Of a DNA stretch of 38,815 nt, positions 13,601-24,600 are shown in pieces (positions within the stretch are counted from its first letter, which is position 1; the number at the start of each line of letters is the position of its first letter). This DNA comes from Xylographa opegraphella (Eukaryota): positions 1 through 38,815 of the forward strand of contig JALDZX010000104.1 of NCBI GenBank assembly GCA_022813865.1, given 5' to 3'. The notes under the pieces were generated by a model that saw only the letters and a list, made by a program, of their open reading frames with translations, did no database searches and had not been told where the DNA came from. The position numbers were made by a program, and so were the translations under genes.

Positions 13601-16600
13601 GCGTTTAAATAAATTTTTTTTGATATATTCGAATAAATTAATGCGTCGTCGATATATTCTTTAATAATATCGTCGATTTTTTTTAAATATAAACAAAGCT
13701 GTTATAATAATTTATTAAAATAATATTAAATATTTTTTATCCTCGATAAAATACGACAGCGAGGCGATTTCGATAAAGATTATGAATTTATTATTAATAA
13801 AAAACGAGCTGTTATTTCTTCTTAATATATATATCATTTCGCGTAATACAACGAAATTTTTTCTATAAAAGAATTAAATATAAATTCAAAATTAAAATTT
13901 TATTTAAAAATCGTATATTAACTACGATACGATTTTTGATTTTTTTGATTTTTTTAAATTACGAAATACGAATAATTAAATAATATAACTTTTTAAAGTT
14001 GATTTTTTATCTATATAAATTTATTAAATTATTTTTCCACTATTTCGTAGTCTTTTAAATCGAGTAGATATATTTTAAAAATTAATTTATAAATTAATTA
14101 TTGATTATCGATTAGTAATATTTTGATTCATTTCGCTTTTAAAATATTTATTACGTTATTCTTATTTATTTATAGCTTCAAAAAATTCTTTATTACTTCG
14201 ACAATTTTTACTGCGACCACTAAATTTTTATTATAAATCATAATTTCATTTAAAAGTACTCGTTTTATTTCTTTAACGATATATTGTATTAAAAAATATC
14301 GAAAGTTAAATAAAAATCCGCGAAATCTTTAATATTTTTAAAATATGCCGCCAGATTTATTTCCTTTAGAAATATTATAAAATATTATAAAATATTGTAT
14401 TTTAATAAGTTGCCTAACTTCGTTCTTCGCGACATTATTATAAATTAAGAAATATTATTTATCGTATAAATATAAAAAAAATTACGTTTATTACGTATAC
14501 GTAAAAACTATTATACTTTAATTCGAAAAGAAAATTACGATCCAGGGGAAATTTTTTAATATATTAAACTACGATAGGCGTTTTAATATAGAATAAAATT
14601 ATAACGCTTTTTAAAAAGAATATTTAATTTTTTTGTTAATATAAAACGTAATAGCTATATTTAAATAAAAACCTTTGATTAACTAAAGTTATCGTACAGC
14701 TTAAATTTAAATATATTTAAACAAAAGTAATATTTGACGAAAGCTTTATTTATATGATTATATAATATTATTTCTAAAAGTTTAAATCGTTCGTTTGTAG
14801 TTATACAGCGTTTAATATAAATAATATCGCCGCTGCTATAAACTCCGATTTAATTATTTTTTATCCAGGAGAAAAAATTTATTCAAATTTTTTTCTTTTT
14901 TTAAAATATACGAAAATTTTATTTCGAGATTTAAAAGCTATGTCGTACGTATTATATTAACATTTCGATATTGCGAAATATACCGCGGATTTATTATTCT
15001 TTACGAAAACTTTAATATTATTTAAATAAATATCATAATTTTATTTTTAAAAATTATACGATTATGTATTTTACGCGTAGTAATAGCTCTGGCTGTAATA
15101 AGTTTTATAATAATTTTAATTGTAGTAAATTTAAGCTTGTTTATTATTAAAATCTTTTTTAATATTAATCGCTGCCGGTTTAACGTTTTTATATTTTTTA
15201 GCGTTTTTATTATAATAAATTATTAATCGCTGCTTCGAGAGTTGATACCTACTTTAATAATCGTTTTAATTTAATAAATATTCTTTCAAATACTTTAGCG
15301 CTTTTTTGACCGCGTTGCTTGAATTTTAAAATTGAAATTAATTATTTAACGTTTTCTCTAATGAATAACAACAGTTATTGTAGTTACTGAGCTGCATTAA
15401 ATAAAAAAGCGTTAAAATAAAAGAAAACGGTTTCAATAGGCTTAAAAAGGATTACAAAATCTTTTATAAAGGGATAATCCTGAAAAGGTAATCGAGAGTT
15501 TTTAGAATTTTTCGAATTATTTTAAAAATTATTTCTCGAAGAATTAAAAAGGCCTTAATTTTGCTGGATTTTGAAAATTAAAATAACAATTAATTATTTA
15601 ACTATAAATAATTTAAAGATTTATATTAACTCATTTAATTTGCCTGCTTTGATTTTAAGGCTTTAAGAAACATTTTTTTAATAATATCGATATTTAATTT
15701 ATTTAGTAACTCTTTTAAAAATAAATTAATATATATTTAAATTATCAATTCAAATTTATTTTCGCCTGAATTATATTTTTTTGTAATAGTAGTAAATATA
15801 TTAATATAATTTACGAGGGTACGACAATTTCGTATATCTTTTATAATATAACGTATACTAACGTATTTATTCAAGATTTTGCTCGAGAACGATCGAAAAC
15901 GTCGTTTAAAAATTTAATAAAATTCTTTAACGTTATTTAAATAAATTATTAAATTAAATATTTTATTATAATTCGATCTCGTCACGAAAATACGTATTTA
16001 AATTTTATCATATTTTTAGTATATTTTTAGTACCCACTGCGATACGTATTCAATTTATAAAATTATAAATATTTTTGTAATAACTCTTTAAATTTATATT
16101 AATAATATTTTTTTTGCTTCAATTCATGAATATATATATATATATATATAAATATTTACTGATTTATAGTAACTTTCACTTCCGCCTTTACCGTTTTGGC
16201 CATTTTAATTAATTAAATTAAACGAATTTGGGGGGCTAGAAAATTTTGATAAAATAAGGGTTTATATATATTGAATTATCAATTTTCAAAAAATTTTCAA
16301 AAATTTTCATTATATTTAGTACTTTAATAATTATTATCGTTTATGTCTTTAATTTTTAATTCTTCGAGGCATCGAGGGGTTCGAGTACGTTCGATTTTTT
16401 GAATTATTTTCCGTTATGGGTATTTAATCGATTATTAATAAAAATTGTAAAGAAATAAAAATTTATAGTAAAAACTTTTTTAGTATTTATTTTTTTATTA
16501 AAGTACTAATAATGAATGTAGAATAATTTCGATAAATTTTTTTACGTCGAATTTAAAACCGATTTCAATAACTGCTGAATTTGAATTTTAAATTGAAATT

Positions 16601-17293
16601 TTTAAAGATCTTGCCCGTATTGTTTAAAATAAGCCGATAAAACTAATTAATTCGAAACGATTAAATCAAAAAATTAATAAATTTAACGTTATTAGTCGTG
16701 ACCTGTCTGAAGAAATCTTTAAAAAACGAAAAACCTTATTAAATAAATTAATAATCGATTTCGATAAAAGTTTCGAAACAAAAGCAGGCTCGAATTATTG
16801 CAGCGTTTTTGATCGAAAAAGCTACGATAAATATAAAAAGTTTTTAATAATATAAATAGAGGGATTTTTAAAAAAAATTCAAAAAGGCCACGTCATATAC
16901 TGAGCACACGGTTCAGGGAATAACAAATAAATATATTAATATTCATAAAGTAAAAAAAAATTTGAAAAAAAGAATATATGAAAGTTTTTTGCGAAAATAA
17001 TATAAAATTTATTTTGTAAAAACAGTGACTCGTTAAAGGGCTAAATTCTTTAACTAGTGAAATAGGCGAGCTATTTTTAATGTTTTAAATGATTAAATAA
17101 CACCGACGGTGTTATTATTTATGAGGTAAACGCCTGACTATAAAATTTGTAATTATATAATAATATGAAAAAGCTGAATTGTAATTATAAAAGAGAAAAG
17201 CTTTATTATATAATGGCTCGTTAAAATGTGCAAACAGAGCAAAAAAAGGGAAGCATAAACCAGATTAAGGTTCAGAACTCAAAATTCGTGACA
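10690..17293 (-). mobile_element. Family A Ty3/Gypsy-like LTR retrotransposon copy A2 (two LTRs, ~6.6 kb), inserted in the Z LTR
   Basis: Direct-repeat LTRs ~10690-10865 and 17110-17293 (tgaggtgagcgcatgactaca / tgaggtaaacgcctgactata … cctgtaata / ttcgtgaca). The flanks rejoin to give the Z LTR sequence seen at ~2200-2230. The TSD is A-rich and ambiguous. Orientation is inferred from a pyrimidine tract beside the left LTR and a chromodomain-like remnant at ~11040-11100 (tentative). Confidence 0.72.
11642..11730. repeat. ~26-bp minisatellite (aaatcttttatttaatttcatatatt) x ~3.4
   Basis: Directly visible; units differ mostly by C/T and G/A changes. Confidence 0.85.
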
Positions 17294-17351
17294 AAAATAA
17301 ATAATTCGTTCGTGCGATTTATTTTATAAAAGTGAAAATTTTAACACATTT

Positions 17352-18157
17352 ACGCTAAACAAAATTTGTAGACGAATATAAATATATTTAAATTATTTTT
17401 GATCGATTTTTTATCGTTGATAATAATACGTAAACGTTATTTTTTATCGATTTTAATAGTTTTCGATCGAGCGTATTGAATATATATTTTTTATAACGCT
17501 ATTGTAATCGTTAATAAACTCGCGCGTTTTATTTAAAATTTTTGAATTATTTATTATATTTTATTTCGTATTTCTTTTACCTAATTAAATATTCTACGAT
17601 AAATATTTTACGAAGTATTTTTTCCGGCCTGTTTGATAATTAATTTAATTAAAAGAATCTATTTTTATAATCATTAATATATAATACCGCAGATTAATTA
17701 AAAATGAATTTATAATATAAAATAAATTTTAATTTAACGCGGGGTTGAATTATACGATCATAAAAATTAAATAAATTTTTCAATTTATAAAAAACTCGAG
17801 TTAATATATTATTTATTTTATTTTTTTAAAATTTTAAATAAATTCTGCGTATTGTAAAAAGAATTCTTTATCAAAAGCGTTAAACATATTTTTTTATGTA
17901 AATTGAATTGTCGCGTAATCGTTAAGCGATAAAAAATCGCGATATAATTTTTTTTTTATATTTTTTAATTAATATATTCGTAAAAATTATAGTTTTTTAA
18001 CCTTTATTTTTTCTCGTTAAAAATTCTGCGTCGTGTTTTATCGAGATTTAACAAAAAACTCGTTAAATTTAATAAATCAAAATTTTCATTTATACGTAAT
18101 TTTTGCGTAATTTTATTAGTAAATTTCTCAGTAGTCGTATTAAATGCACAATTTAAT
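17352..18157 (-). mobile_element. Continuation of family A copy A1 (3' internal region)
   Basis: Direct repeat of ~10895-11780 (e.g. aatcgttaataaactcgcgcgt and aatttataaaaaactcgagttaatatatt in both). Confidence 0.8.
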
Positions 18158-19850
18158 TACTGTAGTTACAGATCGAAGGCCGCAGATTTTTACTATAATT
18201 ATAAAGTGTAAATTTTGGCTATAATTGCCCTGATTGTTTATTAAAATTTCTGTCACATACGATTAATAAAAGTTTTTTGCTTAATTACAATTTCTTATAT
18301 ATATAAATAAATTTTCGGCTTTGTAAATTATTGTTTTTTATTATTTATATAATCATTTAGCTTTAAGCAGTATTTGTAATATATGATATTACTATTTGTT
18401 TTACTAGCAAATAATTAATTTATTATTTTCTTAAATTTTTTTATCATTCTAAACGAACAATTCGAGTATTATTTAAAATTTGTATTACTTTAGTTAACTA
18501 TATAAATCCTGCTTTATTTCTTTTAAATCAATTACTTTAAATCTTGATTTACCTTATTTCATTGCCTTCGCTTTATTTTTATATTATTTATTAAATTCCT
18601 GGGTATAAAAATCGAGAATCAATTAATTATTTTAATTTGTTCGTATTTTTTTATTGATTTTATTTATCGAATTATTTTTTAACGTTATTTATGAATTCTT
18701 TCATATATAAATAAGGAAATCAATTCGATCGTTTTATTCGTTAATATTTTAATATAGGTAAATGTTTTGTCGTAATTTAATTAAAACGTTAAATTATCGT
18801 TTTCGTTATCGTTTTTTTATAATAAAACTTACGTATTAATCAAATCGTATTTATTAAAATCGGAAATAGATTTTTAATCGATTTAAATCAAAATTCAAAT
18901 TTTTGAAGTTTAATACGTATTTTGGCGAATTATTTTAAAACTATCGAAATTAAATTATTAAAAATCTAATAAATTAAGAGTACCCCGCTAAAAAAGCTCT
19001 TTTTCAAATAAATAATTGATAAACGTCGTAGCGATCTATTGAGCTTTTGAAATTTTCGATCGTACTTTTATGAATTTTTTAAAAATTAATTAAACGCTTA
19101 AAATCGAAATATTGTGAAAAGAAATTAGAAAAAATATCAAGGTTTCTTTTAATCGACAACGAAATATTATTTTTAATTATTTTATCAATTACGTACTTAA
19201 TGTTCGCAGAAAAATTTAAAATAAATTTAATAATTCTGTTAAATCTTTTAAAAGAATGCATCCACCGATAATCCCTTTTTAATATTAATAGATATTTTAA
19301 AGTTTGAAATAATTACCTTTGTTCGATTAAAATAAAATTGACTGTTTTATAGTATCGATTTAAAATTCACTTTTTATAACATTTTTCAAAATTAATAAAC
19401 TTTTTAATAATGTTTTTAATATTTTAAACAATATTCAATTTAAATGAAAATAAAAAATTTATTTATAAATAGTTTATCGTTATCGTAAATACTGCAGTAA
19501 TTTTAATTATAGTAAATTTTATATAAATATTTGTTCTTTAATACTTGAAAACAAAAAAAGATAAATTACTTCGAGCCTGATAATAATATTATTTTAAATA
19601 AGATTAGCGATGGAAAGAAAATTTATTATAATATATAAAGTTTTACTTTTTATTTTCGAATAAAAGTCTTTACAAAAATTTCAAATAAATTTAAATATAA
19701 TTTTAATATTTGTTTATTAAGCAAAGTCGATAAATAATGTTTTTAGATTTTTTTCGTTCAAATTTGTATAATAATTTAAATAATATAAAATTTTGAAAAA
19801 TAAATTTTGAGAAACTTTTAGTATTTCTTTACTTCGATTAAAAGAATTGT
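18158..19850 (+). mobile_element. Family Y copy Y3: 5' LTR 18158-18381 plus gag-region relic
   Basis: Inverted homology to 4700-5645. The homology begins at tactgtagttacag / tattgcagctacag, and the LTR ends tttgtaata (degenerate terminal inverted repeat). Right boundary uncertain. Confidence 0.65.
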
Positions 19851-20656
19851 ATTATATAATTGAAAATACAAAAAATCGAAAGAATTTAAAAAGAATTACG
19901 GTTAGTAAATAGTAATTTATGGTAAAAGTATAAATATTATTACAATAAACTACGCCCAGGTTTTATTAATTTATTAATATTTAAATAATGTTTTAGAAAT
20001 GATATTTTTTGTTATAATATTTACTATTATTATAAGTGAATTTATTCAACATACTGTTATTTTAAAAATATGATTGATTTAATATATATATATAAATAAA
20101 TTCGAAAATCGAAATAAAAAAATTTAAAAAATAAGTATAATAATTATAATTTTTCTTTATTTTAAATTTTTTTTTTATTTTTAAACGGGCTATCGGAATT
20201 TTTGGGACCGATTTTTTGAAAATAATCGTAATTATAATGATTAAAAAACGATATTAATAAGAAATAGAGCTTAAATTTATCGATTATATTAAAATTCGAA
20301 AAAAAATTAAAATATTAATTTCTAAAAAATAATAAAAAGATTTTTTAAACAAATTTTACTAAAAAAAATATTTTGCTAAAATCTTTAATAATATTGTCAA
20401 AAATAACGATGAATTGTAAAAAGTTTATAAAAAGGTTATCATTAAAATATTATCTTTTAAAATGAAAATTATTATAATAATAGTAATAATAGCGAAAAAG
20501 ATTAAAATAATAAAAAAATACATATATAAAAAATAATTTCGCGGCGAATATTATTAAATTTTATAAATATTAAAAATACAAATTACTTTTTCTTTTCAAT
20601 ATTAAACTTTATTAATATATTCGCTAAAATTTGTATATTGAATCGCTCAAGATTGG

Positions 20657-20829
20657 TACGAAAGATTTATTTTTAGTCGAACAAAAAATGTTTAAAATAT
20701 TTTTCGTTGAACAGAAAATGTATAAAGAAAAGTTTTATTTTCATACGAAAAATTTACTTTTCATCGAACACAGAGTGTTTAAAATATTTTTTATCGAATA
20801 GAAAATATACGGGAAAAGCTTTTTATTTA
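20657..20829. repeat. 87-bp tandem duplication (two units, each with internal ~27-bp subrepeats)
   Basis: tacgaaagatttatttttagtcgaacaaaaaatgtttaaaatattttt… repeated as tacgaaaaatttacttttcatcgaacacagagtgtttaaaatattttt… at 20744. Confidence 0.8.
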
Positions 20830-21607
20830 ACGAATTATAAAATTAATATTTTCCAAAATTTCATGTAAAGGAGAATACTTGCTTAAAAACTGGCGATATA
20901 CTACGATTAAAGCTAATTTGAAGTTTTTTATTAATAAAAAAACGAATATTTATTTAAATATAAAATATATTATAAATATTATTAATGAAAACTTTTTTTA
21001 TTTGAGCGCTATCTTAAAATAAAAATTCAAATAATATTTATATTTATAAAGGTTCATGGCATTGGCTTATTTGATTATATAGTAAATTAATCAATTATCA
21101 TTAATATATTCTTCAAAAGCAATAATGACAGAACGATTTATATTAAACGGGAAATTTATTTAATTAATAAATTAAAGGCGAACATATTTATAAAAATCGA
21201 TATTATTACTTTTAAAATTATTTTAATTACTTTCACATTGGAAACAATTATATTGAAATTTTAAATTCTTATTTAAATTTTTATATTTATTAAAAATCGA
21301 TTATGAAAGATTTAAAAATTAATTTTCTGTAATAAAAAATTATTCATTCGTTTTATACCCGTCAAGCTATATTTATTAAAGATATTAAAAAAATTGAATT
21401 TTTTTTAAAATCGGGATTTTCTTTTTAAATCGAATAGAATTCGATCACAATTGTTAACATTTATTTATATTATTAATTATAATATATTTTTAATTTTTAT
21501 ATAAAACGGTTTTAATATAAATATTATTTTACTACGAAGTATACGTATAAAAAACGTAATAAAATACGAAATCAATAAATATTTTATAACAAAAATTAAA
21601 ACGTCAT

Positions 21608-24600
21608 TATAAAATGCAAAGTTTAAAATGCCGTTCGATTTTCCGGTCTGCCTGCCTGCGTGTATTCTATGCTTAATCTTTAACTGCTTGTATTTTAAAC
21701 GTGGTATCCTATTTAAAAAACTCAATATACATATAGTTAAAATTTACGAATCTAAATTTCTCTCTTTAATTTTAATGTAATAAATTAAATACGTTTTGCA
21801 ACTCGAGTTTAAAACCTTATATTTTATATATTGAATTTTTTTATTAAAATCGCTCGGCCAAGGAAGCGTATTTTCTTTTCTTTTTTTCTTCGCTTCGTTT
21901 TTATTGCTTACGCTTATCTCGTATCATATTATTATTAATACGTATTTAAACTGCTACTGCCTTTTAAGCCAACGTAAATAAAATAACTATATTTAATTCT
22001 ATAAACGACGACGAAGTAAATATACTGCGAAACGATTTTTCCAAAAGAAATGTTAAAGAAAATTGCTTAAAATACCACGATTACGTTTAAAAGCTTTTAA
22101 ATTTAAATTCAATAAATATTTGTAAATCTAACAGCGCTAGGGACGAGTAAAATACTTTTAAAAAAATTAAAAAAATTAACTCGAATTACGCGTATAAATG
22201 CTGTTAATACTATTTAATAAATTTAATTAAAATTTAATTATAAAAAACTGTCTGCCTGTATCGCGTATTTATATACGATCGTTTTATATTAATAAATTTA
22301 TACTATCGAACCCTAACAAATATTTATTGATATTAAAATACGTAGTTAAGATTTCGCGCTTCGCGAAAATAATTTAAACCGAACTTAATTTAAATTATAA
22401 TTTACTATATAATCGAGAAAATTTAAAAATATTTTAGTAAAAAACGAAATACAACTACCTAATATATTTAAATTCTTTTTTTTATATTTTATAAATATTT
22501 TCGTAACAGCCTTTAAAGAATTTTAAAAACAATTTATGAATATAGAAGCCTTAGTTACTCGGATATTATTATAATAAAATTTTGAAATTTTGAAATTTTG
22601 TTTAATTTAATTGCTATATTATTAAAATAAACTCCGGAAGTATTATTATCGTATAATAGGTTAAAATTTACGAGATTTTTAAAATCTCGTTTAAATAGCC
22701 TTTAATTTATAATAAATTTAAAGATTTAAAATATTAGTTAATAAATATAAAAAATAACTTTGAACGAAATTTATATATTTTTTAATTAAATATAGCCCGG
22801 ATTTTATACGTTTTTAAAAATTTAAAAAAACGAATCGATATAATAATAATATTAATAATTTATTGAAGTAAAAAAATTTTTATTTCGTAATTATACTATA
22901 ATACTATTTTAAGGCTTGAATAGAAAAATACTGTAAAATTATAAATATAAATACAGTAGCGAAGAATTCAATATTATAATTTATTTATAACTCGAATCAA
23001 TTAATTCGAGAATTTATTAATAATTGATAATTTTTATTTAATAATATAATATAAAACAACCAGGCCGTTTACGCTATTAAATTAAAATTATTAATAAAAA
23101 TAATAAATTATATCGCAACGAATTATTTCTCTAAGTTATTATAAAAATACGCGGCCTTTAAATAAACCGCATTATAGGCGAAAGTAAATATAACGTTAAT
23201 AAATAATATATTCGATAAAAAACATATAATACGTAAATAAAAAAAAATAAAAAACACGCTTAAGGAAATATTTTGAATATTAATATTATTTCGTTAAACG
23301 AATAATTTTAAAAGTAAAAATATTTATTGACTAACGAGCGCGACTATTGATTAAAAAAAATTTATATAAAAATTATAATTTTGTTAGATATTTCGCTGGC
23401 GATTATATAATAAAATCGAAGAATTCTACTATAAAAAACGTTTCGCCGCGAAAATAGAAACATCGTAAACAATACGTTTTTGATTTCGAACAATTTATAT
23501 TAAACAATTTTAATTAATTTATATTATTTTACTATTTAAATTTATACGCAACGTATTATTCTAAATTATTTAATTAATTATAATTCAATGGCAAACTTCG
23601 TTTTACGTATATAAATTAATATATAAACTTTAAAGATTATAAATTTAATAACTCCCGCAGTTCGAGAAGTAAATTAATAAATTTTAAAATTAAAATTTAT
23701 AAATAATTATTACTTTATTTTTATAAAACTTAAGGTAGTTAAATACGAAAACTTTTTAAGCAATAATTTTATTAAAATACGATATAATTTTCGAATTATT
23801 ATAATTTATAAAAAATAATTCCAATATCGATTAAAAAACTCGAAATATTCTTTTATAAAGAACCTTTTCATAAATATTATTTATAAAAGTAAATATCGCA
23901 TTACTTACTTTAAAATTAATATAATAATAGTAATAATTTAAATTATGAAACTCGAAGTTAAATCAATTATATTTTTTAAAAAATATATAAATTTCGCGGA
24001 CGTTTTCAGCAAATTTAAAATAATTATATTATTTTAATATCGTTTTAAAATTAACTATAAATTCGAATTTTTATTAAATATTATATGTTCCTTCGATTCC
24101 CAGTACAACCTTTTGAAATCGAAATTTAAAATATTAAAATTTTATATTAATATAAATTTTGTAATAAAATTTATTAAAAAATTTATGAATTTAATAAACG
24201 CGTCGATTTTTCTCGTAAAGAAATAGCTTTTTAAGGCTATATCTTAACTATCGCGATTGAAATATAATTACGATAAAAATAAATATTTTTTCTATTAATT
24301 AATCGATTATTAAAAACTTAACGTTTCATACGTTTAAATTTAATTACGATATTTAATTTAATTTAAATTTAATATGGCCCAGAATAAATAACGACGTTTC
24401 GAACGCGATATAAAAATTTCGAATATTATATTACATTTTTGATTTTGACAATATTTTAGAAATATTTTAATATCTTTAAACGACATTAAAAATTACGCAA
24501 AAAACGTAAAAAAAAGTATTAAATTTATTACATAAAGGTATTTTTTTATATAAGAATTTTAAAGTATTTAGTTAGCGTCGAATTTATTAATTTCTTAAAA

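Larger units (their letters stand above)
1876..17346 (-). mobile_element. Family Z Ty3/Gypsy LTR retrotransposon carrying nested insertions
   Basis: Left LTR 1876-2261 (tgttagg…ttaata). Right LTR is in three pieces, 8359-8550 + ~10543-10689 + ~17294-17346 (ends ttaaca), summing to ~390 bp vs 386 bp. 5-bp TSD cgttt (1871-1875) / cattt (17347-17351). Minus-strand PPT ggaaggggagttag at 2262-2275. RT-like remnant (RRIIKEx D..K..F) on the minus strand at ~6450-6570. Confidence 0.75.

Noticed and set aside
19079..21725. Short minus-strand ORFs 19079-19261 and 21477-21725
   Set aside because: I/K/F/N-rich chance ORFs in RIPed DNA. The second crosses an LTR insertion junction.
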